The translations under genes were made by a program, and so were the position numbers. From positions 32,001 to 96,000 of IMG/VR virus record IMGVR_UViG_3300017963_000203: 64,000 bases of DNA; one strand, given 5' to 3'. This document shows, one piece after another, positions 45,765-55,183 of the stretch; the stretch's first letter is position 1, and every line of letters begins with the position of its first letter. The DNA comes from a virus. The notes under the pieces are model-generated. The model saw nothing but the letters and a program-made list of their open reading frames with translations. It searched no databases and was not told where the DNA came from.

Positions 45765-47245
45765 GTTCTATCATCTTCCCGGCATTCCTTCCAAATCAGA
45801 TCATCTTGGGCAACCCCAAGTCCAACGTGGCCGTCATCTGCGGATGGGAGCCGCGCAACCTCTTCCACAAGGCCCTCCTGAAGGAAGACCCGTCGATCAT
45901 GGAAAAGATCGCCGGGATCGGCCAGATGTACACCGCCGGTCGCGGCGTGGACATACTGGTGCGAAACCTCCTTGCCAATCCGAGGATCAACACGCTCATC
46001 TTCACCGGCCGAGACAAATCAGGCGCGTCGGAGGACGCGATCGCCTTCTTCGACCAGGAACAAAACGGCCTCCTGAGCGAGTACAAAACGGCCTCCGGGG
46101 CCAAGTACTTCTGCGTGGACGACGCCCCGTCGGCTCGCGTCTGGGCGAATATCCCCATCCAGCTTCTCGAGAATCTCCGAAGCAGGATCACCATCGGCAC
46201 CATTCCGAGCAACCGGCCGGATGAGATCGTTCGCATGGCCAGAACCTTCTACGGCGTGGGACACCCCATCTCAGACGAGGCCGAAGTCATTCCGCCACCC
46301 GTAGCCGAAGCCAAGACCTTCCCCGCCCCCAACAGTGTTCAAGTTTTACGCGCCAAAACAGTCGGTGAAGGCTGGCTCGATCTCCTTCACCACATCCTCA
46401 CATACGGAAAAAGGAGCCCTACGCACTACGATCAGGACCAACTCGAGATTCTGAACCTGGTCATGGTTATCACGGACCAGGAGGCGCATCCGGAGAGAAT
46501 TCCGACCTACCTCCCGTTCACGCTCGACAAGATCAATGCCTACTGTGTGGGCCTCCTATCAGGAGAGAAAGACGAAGGCGTCACGTACACCTATGGGAAT
46601 CGGATTCGTGCTCACTTCGGCGTGGATCAGCTCATGCGCGTGTCCCAGAAGCTCGCCAAGGATCGAGACTCTCGGAGTGTGGTCATCAACCTTTGGGACG
46701 CCACGGTCGAACAAGGCGGTTCTCCGTGCCTGAACCACATCTGGTTCCGCATCCTCGAAGGCAAACTCTTCATGACGGCCACGATCCGGTCCAACGACAT
46801 GTTCCTGGGCTGGCCGGAGAACAGCTATGGGCTCCGGTTCCTCCAGGACTGGGTGCGCTGCATGGTCCTCAAGCTCGAAGGTGAGTACCAGGATGACAAG
46901 GGTCTGGGCATGGGCGACCTGGTGATCGTCTCTCAGAGTGCGCACCTCTATGAGGACTGCTGGGGCCCTGCGAAGGAGATCGTGGACAAGTACCGCCGCT
47001 ACCAGGAATGGCACGACGAGAAAGGTCAGTGGACCTTCGAGTCGAAGAATCAGGACGCCGGAGGAAGGCCGACACCCTTCGATGTCGTTGCCACGCTCCA
47101 CTCGCCGAGCGGAGAGTTCCTCACGTCCATCGAGGGTACCGCCCACAAGATTCGCCGTGAGATCGCTCGTCGCGGTCTTATCTCGGACGTGGGCCACGCG
47201 CTTTACGTCGGGCAGATGCTTGAGAAGGCTTCGAGGAGGAAGTGA
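45761..47245 (+). CDS. thyA: thymidylate synthase/hydroxymethylase family protein with MtrA-like N-terminal and DUF4346-like C-terminal domains
   Basis: YTYGNR, SPCL, RSNDM..GWPEN, SAHLY; N-terminal GVDILVRNLLANPRI; C-terminal HALYVGQMLEKA. Confidence 0.8.
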   Translation: MSSIIFPAFLPNQIILGNPKSNVAVICGWEPRNLFHKALLKEDPSIMEKIAGIGQMYTAGRGVDILVRNLLANPRINTLIFTGRDKSGASEDAIAFFDQEQNGLLSEYKTASGAKYFCVDDAPSARVWANIPIQLLENLRSRITIGTIPSNRPDEIVRMARTFYGVGHPISDEAEVIPPPVAEAKTFPAPNSVQVLRAKTVGEGWLDLLHHILTYGKRSPTHYDQDQLEILNLVMVITDQEAHPERIPTYLPFTLDKINAYCVGLLSGEKDEGVTYTYGNRIRAHFGVDQLMRVSQKLAKDRDSRSVVINLWDATVEQGGSPCLNHIWFRILEGKLFMTATIRSNDMFLGWPENSYGLRFLQDWVRCMVLKLEGEYQDDKGLGMGDLVIVSQSAHLYEDCWGPAKEIVDKYRRYQEWHDEKGQWTFESKNQDAGGRPTPFDVVATLHSPSGEFLTSIEGTAHKIRREIARRGLISDVGHALYVGQMLEKASRRK

Positions 47246-47592
47246 TGGGAATAAGTTTCAGCCACTGTGACCGCGATGCCGATTCAAGTTACTCCTGCTT
47301 CCATCGCTTCAGATCGAGACTCGCCAGGGAGATCGGGATTGACCTCGACGCCATGGTCGGATTCGGTGGCATAGCTTCCTGGTCGATACACAACGATCCG
47401 CTGATTCCGTTCCTCAATCACGACGACAACTGCGGCAGCCTCGAGCCAGAGGTTTGCGCCACTGTCGCGCCCAGACTTGAGGAGGTCGTCTCCGGATGGC
47501 CGCGATACGACACCGACAAGGAGAGGGCGTTCGAAATCGCCCGCGGGATGCGGAAGGCAGCAGAACGTGGAGAGAGGTTTCGCTTTCTATAG
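47245..47592 (+). CDS. hypothetical protein
   Basis: SYSCFHRFR..DPLIPFLNHDDNCG. Confidence 0.7.
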   Translation: MGISFSHCDRDADSSYSCFHRFRSRLAREIGIDLDAMVGFGGIASWSIHNDPLIPFLNHDDNCGSLEPEVCATVAPRLEEVVSGWPRYDTDKERAFEIARGMRKAAERGERFRFL

Positions 47593-47603
47593 GAGGAACG
47601 CTG

Positions 47604-47810
47604 ATGCTCCGAGTAAAAAAGGACGCAAGAATCATATCCGGAGACGGAAAACACGTAGGAAAGGCCACAGGAGGTGGCTACGCCTGCCGCTTGGAGGGAT
47701 GCCGCGGCTGGCGGATCAGAGTCCGTTGGAGAGACGGCTCCGTCACCTTCCCCTGCTCCAAGGGGATGCTGCTGAAGAACGACCCCGTCGACTTCGGGAG
47801 GATCTTGTGA
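47604..47810 (+). CDS. small Cys-containing hypothetical protein
   Basis: AGGAGG RBS; CRLEGC..VRWRDG..FPCSKGM. Confidence 0.65.
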   Translation: MLRVKKDARIISGDGKHVGKATGGGYACRLEGCRGWRIRVRWRDGSVTFPCSKGMLLKNDPVDFGRIL

Positions 47811-48637
47811 GGAAGCCAAGAACCAGGAAGGCCATGATCGCCTACCTGACCAATCACTTTCGTTACTACACCGGCAACTCGTGGAACCGGTCCTCGAGCT
47901 ACGCCGCCAACGTCAAGATTCACCGGATCATGCCGGACGACCTCGACGGCTACGACTTCCTCCAGACCGAAGAGGCCTTCAGAGAGGGTAAAGACATCAT
48001 CCGGGAGTTCGAAGAGCGCCACAAGTACGAGTGGCAGATCTTCAGTAACGGCCGCTCCAGCGGCTACCTCGTACTCTACACGGGCGGAATGAGGCCGTCC
48101 GGGTACAAACGCCACTGCATCGCCTGCGGCCAGCAGAACTACCGCAGGGGAGTCCCACCCAAACCCGACGACCTGACGGATAAGGAGTGGGAGTGCTATC
48201 AGTACGTTCTCTTCAAGCATCACTGGGTCCTCGACGTCTACCCGAACCAGGAAGAGATCGCGAAGCTCGGGCTCTCCCAGGAGAGAATCCACGAGATCGC
48301 GAAGCGGGCGAAGGAGGATGTGAGGAAGAACGGGGAGGTGGGGGTCAACGTGTGCGGGCGGTGCAACGCCGAGGGCACTCTCCAGGACTACGCCAGGACC
48401 CACATGACCACCTTCTCGTACCCGTACAAGGGCGTGGACGACGGGGAAGACTTCGAGTCCTGGGATACCGACTCGCTGAAATGGCGCGTCGACGTGGTGT
48501 GGGACTTCGACAAGACCGTCGAGAAGGCGGTCAAGTCTTTCATCGACTTCGTGCGATCGCACAAGGTCGTGGAGCGGCAGATCATGGTCCCCAAGACCAT
48601 CCACGTGGCCGTACCGGCCGGAGAGGAGGTGGGATGA
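47807..48637 (+). CDS. hypothetical protein with split Zn finger
   Basis: HFRY..NSWN..SYAANVK, NGRSSGYLVLY, CIAC/CGRC. Confidence 0.7.
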   Translation: MRKPRTRKAMIAYLTNHFRYYTGNSWNRSSSYAANVKIHRIMPDDLDGYDFLQTEEAFREGKDIIREFEERHKYEWQIFSNGRSSGYLVLYTGGMRPSGYKRHCIACGQQNYRRGVPPKPDDLTDKEWECYQYVLFKHHWVLDVYPNQEEIAKLGLSQERIHEIAKRAKEDVRKNGEVGVNVCGRCNAEGTLQDYARTHMTTFSYPYKGVDDGEDFESWDTDSLKWRVDVVWDFDKTVEKAVKSFIDFVRSHKVVERQIMVPKTIHVAVPAGEEVG

Positions 48638-49134
48638 GGAGGTTCATGAAGGAGACGCTCGAGAAACAGCGCAACAAGGTCGGGAGCGTGAAGTTCAAGA
48701 ACTACATCGTGAGAGAAGATCGAGGAGGTCAATTCGTGGAGCGAGAAGACTTACAGTTTCTGGGGGAGTCCATCATCACCATCAAGGGCACCAACCGCTG
48801 CCTGGGCGACCTCATTCACTTCGAAGGGAAGGGCACCTTCTGCCCCAACAACGGCCGCGTTCCTGTGACCAAGGAGGAGGCCGAAGTTCACAACAAGGTG
48901 TTCGACCAGGCGAAGATCGAAGGGCTCGACAAGAACTGCGAGGTCGGACAGGGGGCCATGTTCTACTGGGACAAGGAGAACGTGAAGACGTTCCTCGGGA
49001 CCCGGGTGAACGAGGGCCACGTGGTCATGTCGGGCACGACCCGAAAAACCGTCTACTTCGGCCGGAAGGGCATGAAGTTCAAAGGCGTCCTGCGAAAGAA
49101 CGTAGATTGCTTCTGGGCCAGGAGGGTTTCATGA
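48634..49134 (+). CDS. hypothetical protein
   Basis: coupled ATGA start with RBS. Confidence 0.7.
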   Translation: MRRFMKETLEKQRNKVGSVKFKNYIVREDRGGQFVEREDLQFLGESIITIKGTNRCLGDLIHFEGKGTFCPNNGRVPVTKEEAEVHNKVFDQAKIEGLDKNCEVGQGAMFYWDKENVKTFLGTRVNEGHVVMSGTTRKTVYFGRKGMKFKGVLRKNVDCFWARRVS

Positions 49135-49328
49135 GCGATAACGACCGCAACCCGGACGATGAGTACGTGCTTCCAGTGGGACGCGCTGGGATCCGCGGGA
49201 AGCGTCTGATGGATGTTTCCCTCAGGGATCTCGATTCGCTCCTGGGCTGGCTCGAGGATAAGGGCGCCCGGACCGACGTACAGGAGGTCCTCGCCCGCTA
49301 CCTGAAGGACAACCAATATGACCGATAA
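49131..49328 (+). CDS. small protein resembling the DUF3820 / ExoX C-terminal motif
   Basis: LPVGR..RGKRLMDV...LLGWL. Confidence 0.4.
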   Translation: MSDNDRNPDDEYVLPVGRAGIRGKRLMDVSLRDLDSLLGWLEDKGARTDVQEVLARYLKDNQYDR

Positions 49329-49785
49329 ACAGCACGTCGCGCTGACAAGGTGCTACTTCTGTGGCGAATCGGACCGTATCCTCCTCGCCACCAGGTACAA
49401 CCAGAAGGGGGAGCCCCTGAAGGATCTGGGGCCCATGCACGGCAAGGTCGTCGACATGGAGCCTTGCCCACAATGCAAGGAGTACATGGAGCAGGGCGTC
49501 ATCCTCATCGGTATCGATGACGCCAAATCTGAGCCGAACTGGTTCAAGGAGAGAATCCCCAACCCCTACCGGACCGGTGCATGGTCCGTGATCAAGGAAG
49601 AGGCATTCGATCGTCTACCGCTCTGCGGCCCTGAAGCCGATCGGATCAAGGAATTCGCCAAGAAGCAGCGGTTCATGTTCGTGGAGCACCAGGTCCTCGT
49701 GAACCTGGGCATCGTCAAGGAGAAGCCCGATGAAGGTGAAATGCAACAGAGCGGAGGAGTGCCAGAAGAGGTTCCCGGATCGTGA
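49318..49785 (+). CDS. hypothetical Zn-finger protein
   Basis: CYFCG..EPCPQC. Confidence 0.7.
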   Translation: MTDKQHVALTRCYFCGESDRILLATRYNQKGEPLKDLGPMHGKVVDMEPCPQCKEYMEQGVILIGIDDAKSEPNWFKERIPNPYRTGAWSVIKEEAFDRLPLCGPEADRIKEFAKKQRFMFVEHQVLVNLGIVKEKPDEGEMQQSGGVPEEVPGS

Positions 49786-50512
49786 TTGCGGTGCTTGGCA
49801 CGTCCACGACTCCAGCCAATGCGAGCCCTGCCCATTCTCGCAGCCCGGGGATGCGAAGTGCGTGCCGGCACTACCCGATCCGCATGAGGTCGGCTTCGGT
49901 GAGTGGATCGCCGAACTGATCGCATGCGGCATGAACAACCAAGAGATTCTGACCTACCTGGAACCCGACTCTCGAGAAGAAGACCTGGTGGCGCTTGTCC
50001 GCACGCTCATGACCAAACGACAGGAGCCCGAGGAAAAGCCGTACGACTCCTACAACGATACACGGCTGCACATCAACCGCGTCCGAGAGCTGCTCGGCCA
50101 GGTCCGATCCGATCTCGACAGGCGAGGACTCATTCATGACGATACAAAACTCAGACCGCCAGAAAAGGCGATCTTCGACGAGTTCACGCCCAAGTTGCGA
50201 GGAGCGACCTACGGCAGCGATGAGTACAAGGGCTTTCTGAAGGCCATGAAACCTGCCCTCGACCACCACTACGCCGTGAGCAGGCATCACCCGGAACACT
50301 TCGAGGCCGGAGTGGCGTCTATGAATCTCGTCGATCTGATCGAGATGCTGGCCGACTGGAGGGCTGCGTCCGAGCGCCACGCCAACGGCAACCTCTACCG
50401 AAGCATCCAGATCAACGCCGATCGTTTCGGCATGTCGGGCTGGCTCAAGGACTGCCTGCTCCACACGGCCGAAGATCTCGGCTGGTGGGACGGCGTGATT
50501 CCGGAGGACTGA
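49730..50512 (+). CDS. HD-superfamily (DUF5662-like) phosphohydrolase with Cys-rich N-terminus
   Basis: H..RV, HDDTKL, HHY..SRHHPEH, EMLADW. Confidence 0.75.
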   Translation: MKVKCNRAEECQKRFPDRDCGAWHVHDSSQCEPCPFSQPGDAKCVPALPDPHEVGFGEWIAELIACGMNNQEILTYLEPDSREEDLVALVRTLMTKRQEPEEKPYDSYNDTRLHINRVRELLGQVRSDLDRRGLIHDDTKLRPPEKAIFDEFTPKLRGATYGSDEYKGFLKAMKPALDHHYAVSRHHPEHFEAGVASMNLVDLIEMLADWRAASERHANGNLYRSIQINADRFGMSGWLKDCLLHTAEDLGWWDGVIPED

Positions 50513-50814
50513 TGGACTTCAATGAGATCCTGTCTCGCCTCGACATCCTGGAGAAGCGGCTGGTCAAGGGCGTGAAGGACAACATGCGTATCCAGAGCAT
50601 TCACCTGAAAATCTTCCCTGACGGAAGCGGCATGGTGGATGCCGACTGGAGCAAGTGCACGGAGGAGATGTGCAGAGAGGAGTCCCTCCTCCACGCCATC
50701 TTCACCACGGAGAGTGCCCTTTTCGAGTTCTCGAGTATCCAGGAGCTCGGGGCCTGGCTCAGGGACATGACCCCGAAGGAGGAAGATGGAACGGATAAAG
50801 GCGGCAGCAATTAG
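50512..50814 (+). CDS. hypothetical protein
   Basis: GGAGG RBS; TGATG coupling. Confidence 0.65.
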   Translation: MDFNEILSRLDILEKRLVKGVKDNMRIQSIHLKIFPDGSGMVDADWSKCTEEMCREESLLHAIFTTESALFEFSSIQELGAWLRDMTPKEEDGTDKGGSN

Positions 50815-51076
50815 GCTCAAGGACGGTCGCGTGTTCACCGGCAAGTGCCACGGAAACATCATCCAGAGCTTCCCGGGGAAGGTAGACCGGCAAGACACCG
50901 TTGGATCGCAGCACGGGTTCGTGACGTCCGACGGTCGCTTCGTGGATCGGCAGGACGCAAGAGACGTCGCCGTCGCTGCGGGCCAGGTTCCAGAAGGAAT
51001 AGGTGTCCTGTACTCCGAGGACCTGATGACCTTCGACAGCAACTACCTCAAGGAGGACGAGGATGGGGGTGACTAA
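50786..51076 (+). CDS. conserved phage hypothetical protein
   Basis: AAAI..H..GFVTSDGRFVDR..A...GQ..LYSEDL motif. Confidence 0.7.
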   Translation: MERIKAAAIRLKDGRVFTGKCHGNIIQSFPGKVDRQDTVGSQHGFVTSDGRFVDRQDARDVAVAAGQVPEGIGVLYSEDLMTFDSNYLKEDEDGGD

Positions 51077-51320
51077 TTTCAAGAACATGATCGGCGACGA
51101 GCTGCGAGCTGTGGGAATCGCCCCGAGCGGCGCCCTCTTCCCCATCCGGTCGGCCGACAGCGTGCGCGGCTATCAGCTCGCCGCGATCATCGTGGGGATC
51201 AGGCACCGTGCCTGGTTCAAGGAAAACGAGAAGTCCCTGCGCCTTTCCCTCCCCGGCAAAGGGGAGGGCGGCCAGGTCATCATCTTCGGCGACGCCGACT
51301 CGATGACGGAGGTCTTCTGA
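51063..51320 (+). CDS. hypothetical protein
   Basis: 85 aa with RBS. Confidence 0.6.
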   Translation: MGVTNFKNMIGDELRAVGIAPSGALFPIRSADSVRGYQLAAIIVGIRHRAWFKENEKSLRLSLPGKGEGGQVIIFGDADSMTEVF

Positions 51321-51922
51321 TGTCAGAGGAAAAGAAAAGCAAGATCGACCAGGTCGGGGACCTCCTCGAGGAGGGCCTCGAGAGCGGAGAGATCGAGAAG
51401 GTCGACGTGGTCATGGACGAGCACTCATACTCCTTGAAGAACCAAGAGCCTCCCGACACTACGGCCCCCGACGACCACCCCATCCACCACAAGCACGACA
51501 CCGACCTGGTCCTCAAAGACGGGGTTCGCTCCGTCTGGATCGAGGTTGGCGACCTCGTCGTCTACTTGCGCCGGACGTTCACGACCGATCCGTCCGACCC
51601 CGAGAAGGAGGTCCCCCTGGGCGTGGCCGTGGACATCACACCAATGGTCTGCGCTGAAGAGACTCTCGACTGTTGCTCGGCCACGTTCGAGGACGCCAAG
51701 GACTTCGAATGCAAGAACTGTGGCAAATACACCGGGGGCGTCGACTACGACTTCTGCGAGGACTGCGATCCCAGACAGCCCTGCGGCCATCCGGAGAGCG
51801 CCATCGAAGGTTCGGAGGATGGAACAAACTACTGCGGCCTGTGCGCCGCGGAAGCGGCCAACCGTCCTGACGAGACCAGTCTCGGCATCGAACGCATGAG
51901 GGACGGCAACGCTGAAGGATAA
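51320..51922 (+). CDS. acidic Cys-rich hypothetical protein
   Basis: CKNC, CEDC, CGH, CGLC. Confidence 0.65.
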   Translation: MSEEKKSKIDQVGDLLEEGLESGEIEKVDVVMDEHSYSLKNQEPPDTTAPDDHPIHHKHDTDLVLKDGVRSVWIEVGDLVVYLRRTFTTDPSDPEKEVPLGVAVDITPMVCAEETLDCCSATFEDAKDFECKNCGKYTGGVDYDFCEDCDPRQPCGHPESAIEGSEDGTNYCGLCAAEAANRPDETSLGIERMRDGNAEG

Positions 51923-51928
51923 CCAGAG

Positions 51929-51967
51929 ACGCTCTCACTTCTGTCACAAGAGAGGTGAGAGCGTTTT
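51929..51967 (+). terminator. 14-bp hairpin with T tail, overlapping promoter copy 6
   Basis: ACGCTCTCACTTCT-GTCACAAG-AGAGGTGAGAGCGT-TTT. Confidence 0.65.
51943..51961 (+). promoter_or_regulatory. candidate phage early promoter, copy 6
   Basis: GTCACAAGA-GAGG-TGAGAG. Confidence 0.5.
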
Positions 51968-51994
51968 CATTTACATCGAGTGGAGGCAAAAACG

Positions 51995-53086
51995 ATGGAT
52001 TGGCCGAAAGACATGCCGTTTCCAGTCTACTTCAAAGCATGGCACATGCGTGAAGCCAGGAGACTCGGTGCAGAGCGATATTGCCGCGCGAACAACATCA
52101 ATTTCGACTGGGAATTCATGCACACGTTTCGCCGCATGATGCTGAGACAAACAGGTCCACGACCCTTGGGGAACCATCTCGATCTCCTCGAAGAGGCCAT
52201 GTACGAGACGGAGTGCCGGACGTTCATTCTTTCAGCCAACCTCATCAACGCTCTCCGCGATACTCGGCCCAGAGACATCGACGCCTCCCTCCTCTAAACG
52301 CCGTTCGACCTGTTCTACGTCGACTTCTCGGCCGTCGAAATTCCATCCGGGAATCCGGAGAACAGGTTCTCACAGACTGTTCGCGGCGTGATAACCCTCG
52401 GCCGAAATGGCCACGCAAACCGCAGAATCTGCGAAGAGAATGATCTCGATCCCAACGACGGGATCATTGGATTCTTCATCGAACACGCCCCGGGTGACTA
52501 CGACGGCCCCGGCGGAAGTGCAGCACCATGGACGGGAAGTCTCGCATCGTGGAGAGTCCACAACGGTGTCTACTCCCTCGAACATGCCATCAGCAACATC
52601 GAAGGAACAACGGAAGACACAGACCTCATACGAGTGGCATGGAACGTCTGGGCCCAGGCAATCCTCTACATTAACTCGGTGAATCGAGACGAACGAGAGG
52701 AGTACCTGGAGGAACGGCTGGTCCCACGACTAAGAGGAAAGAAGGGACGAGCACGCCGAGACCTGAAACGTCGCATCGAGGACAGCGGCCGCGTCTTCCG
52801 TCTCGGCCACTACATCCACATTCCCCAGGGCAGCGAGGGCGAGAAGAGAGCCCACCAAGGAGGTCACGTGAACGTGCGCTTCCTGGTTCGGGGCCACTGG
52901 CACACCTACTGGACCGGATCAAACCGGTTCGGTAATCGTCGACAGGTTCTGAAGTGGCTCAAGCCCTATTGGAAGGGCCCAGAGACTGCCGACACCGTCC
53001 ACGGCACCTATGTGGTCAAGGAGACCGAAAATGACCGAGGAAGAGATTCAGAACCACAAGGAGAAGATAGACCGGATGAGCCGTGA
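51995..53086 (+). pseudogene. AcrVA2/FinQ-like protein interrupted by one in-frame TAA (52295-52297)
   Basis: ORFs 51980-52297 and 52388-53086 are in frame with no other stop between them; LL*TPFDLFYVDFS and VRGHWHTYWTG..KWLKPYW. Confidence 0.6.
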
Positions 53087-53234
53087 GGAGATGTGTCGTC
53101 TCTGGCGGTTCGCCCCGGCAGGCCACCCGTACTTCGTGACCGGGACCGAACTCACGGAGTACTTCGACAAGAGGTTTAAGGAGCTCGGCGGATTCAGTCC
53201 GGCGATCTCCAAGAAGATTGGATGGCGACAATGA
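53031..53234 (+). CDS. small hypothetical protein
   Basis: IDRMS.EEM.RLWRFAP.GHPYF..GGFSPAISKKIGW. Confidence 0.7.
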   Translation: MTEEEIQNHKEKIDRMSREEMCRLWRFAPAGHPYFVTGTELTEYFDKRFKELGGFSPAISKKIGWRQ

Positions 53235-53572
53235 CCAAGGAAGAGATGATCGCCGTCGTCGTGGACGGCCACATGGACGACGTCGAGGGGTGGCTCCTTA
53301 ACGACAGGGAGTCCCTCCGAGCGTGGTTGCAGGAGAGCCTCGGGCTCATGACCATGTCCGCGAAGGAGATCAGGTCCAAGTTCAGCGCCTACTTCGACGA
53401 CCAGGCGGACGAGATCGGGGCTGACGTGGCCGCCCTTCTGAAGGACATCTACGACGAGGCGGACCACATCGACGGCACCGAAGCCCCTCGACGGGAAGAG
53501 GTGTCCCTCGAGAACGCGAGGAACATCAAGAGGTGGGCCAAAGAGGCCATCGAGAAGCTGGAGGAGCTATGA
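53231..53572 (+). CDS. acidic hypothetical protein
   Basis: coupled ATGA start. Confidence 0.65.
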   Translation: MTKEEMIAVVVDGHMDDVEGWLLNDRESLRAWLQESLGLMTMSAKEIRSKFSAYFDDQADEIGADVAALLKDIYDEADHIDGTEAPRREEVSLENARNIKRWAKEAIEKLEEL

Positions 53573-54261
53573 ACCATCCTATCCACTGCGGAAACTGCCA
53601 ATGGACCGGCGACCTGGACGGCGATGACTACGTCGTTCTGGACGAGGTCCCCGACCTGGGAACGCGCCTATCCCCCGGATGCGAGTGCCCCGCCGGCGAG
53701 TGTCCGGCGTGCGGCTGCCTCGTCTTCCTCGGTGAGCTGCCCACGCCCAAGGAGATGACCGTCTCCGAAGCGCTCGAACTCCTGAAGACGAAGATCAAGA
53801 CCGACGACAACGCTTGGGACGCGATGGACGTCATCTCTCGCGTCTTCGCTACAGCGACCAAACGGTTCCGATGCCCGGCGTGCGGCGGTTCCCATTTCGG
53901 GAGTGCGATCGGCGACGACGGCAAGATGACCAGGAACTGCCACTCTTGCCGTGGAGCGAAGAAATTCACTTGGACCGAAGACGAGGACGACAAGTATTTC
54001 CGCTGGGAAATAACGCTGCCCACCGGCGAACTTCTGGACCAACCCAGGGAAGTGAGCACAAGACCGGGCGTCAGCAAGTACGTGGGAACCTATTCACACC
54101 GTCACGGCGTGGACCTGATCAGTTTCCGCTCCAGGAAGCCGATCGAGGAACTCGACGCCGACGAGGTGGCGAAGGCTCTCAAGCTCGACTGGGAACCGGA
54201 CCGTGATGAATATCTGTCGTTCTTCTACGCGAACGGCATCGACTTCCCCGTGATCGATTGA
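53569..54261 (+). CDS. multi-Zn-finger hypothetical protein
   Basis: CGNC, PAGECPAC, CPAC, CHSC. Confidence 0.7.
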   Translation: MNHPIHCGNCQWTGDLDGDDYVVLDEVPDLGTRLSPGCECPAGECPACGCLVFLGELPTPKEMTVSEALELLKTKIKTDDNAWDAMDVISRVFATATKRFRCPACGGSHFGSAIGDDGKMTRNCHSCRGAKKFTWTEDEDDKYFRWEITLPTGELLDQPREVSTRPGVSKYVGTYSHRHGVDLISFRSRKPIEELDADEVAKALKLDWEPDRDEYLSFFYANGIDFPVID

Positions 54262-54271
54262 GGAGGAACCA

Positions 54272-54793
54272 TTGTCTGGACTATACAACATGCTGATGGG
54301 GCACAACCCGGCCTTCGGGCTTCTCTGCGCCATGGTTGGCATCACACGAGACACCGCACAATTCATGGGCCGTGTGCGAGACGCATGGATCTCGGAGGAT
54401 GCCAAGACCATCGGCGTTCTCCACCGAAACTACGGCGAAGACGGAGAATTCGCCAACCAGAATGCGGCCAAACTCCCGAATTTCCGGGAGCAACAGGCTT
54501 GTGATGACTCCACGTATCAGGTCTGGTTGTTCGACGTGCCACCTGAGGGAGAGGAGATTGCCAAACAGATCGCTGAACACTCGGACAACACGCCTTGCTG
54601 GGAGCGATACACGCAGGCTATAGTGGACATGAGAGCCGGCAAGGAGACGCCCCAGACCAAGCACATGATGGACGTCGGCAAAAAGATCATGGGCGGCCTG
54701 TCAGAATCCCTGAAAGACGGGGAGTCTCGGACGGTGGAGACGGAGGATGGTGGTATCGACATTATCGCCCCGGGCGGGGGAGGCGCGTCATGA
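54272..54793 (+). CDS. hypothetical protein
   Basis: TTG start with GAGGAGG; LYNML.G.NP, GRVRDAW, DDSTY. Confidence 0.7.
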   Translation: MSGLYNMLMGHNPAFGLLCAMVGITRDTAQFMGRVRDAWISEDAKTIGVLHRNYGEDGEFANQNAAKLPNFREQQACDDSTYQVWLFDVPPEGEEIAKQIAEHSDNTPCWERYTQAIVDMRAGKETPQTKHMMDVGKKIMGGLSESLKDGESRTVETEDGGIDIIAPGGGGAS

Positions 54794-55179
54794 GACTGAG
54801 AGAAGGGATGCTCGTGCGGACGAGCTACGAGACAGGTCCGTACGAGATCCTTTCGATCACGCGCGGATGCACCTGTCCTGAATACCTCGATGAACTCGAG
54901 ATGGACGAACCACCGCCATCCAGACCCCACATCCACCTCATCTGCATCAAACCAAGCGGTTCCAAACGGAACAAGTTTTACCTGGGCGGCTACGATGAAG
55001 AAACACTGGAATCCGTCTGGACAAAATACACACGACCGGACTCAGCCATCCCTCACGACCGGCTATACGTCGTATCGCCACGAGAGGTTTTCACGCAACT
55101 CCTCCTGTTCCCGAGGCCCAATGAAGAAGCAAGCACTCGCGCTCGCTTACGGGAAAGGCGGCGTTCTGCTCGGAGATGA
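54790..55179 (+). CDS. hypothetical protein
   Basis: coupled start; TSYETGPY..CTCP..HIHL. Confidence 0.6.
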   Translation: MRLREGMLVRTSYETGPYEILSITRGCTCPEYLDELEMDEPPPSRPHIHLICIKPSGSKRNKFYLGGYDEETLESVWTKYTRPDSAIPHDRLYVVSPREVFTQLLLFPRPNEEASTRARLRERRRSARR

Positions 55180-55183
55180 TCAC

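Noticed and set aside
52295-52297. Stop-codon reassignment suggested by the in-frame TAA
   Set aside because: TAA terminates the MCP and sheath genes, TAG and TGA are also used as stops, and coding density is high under the standard code. This is an isolated event.
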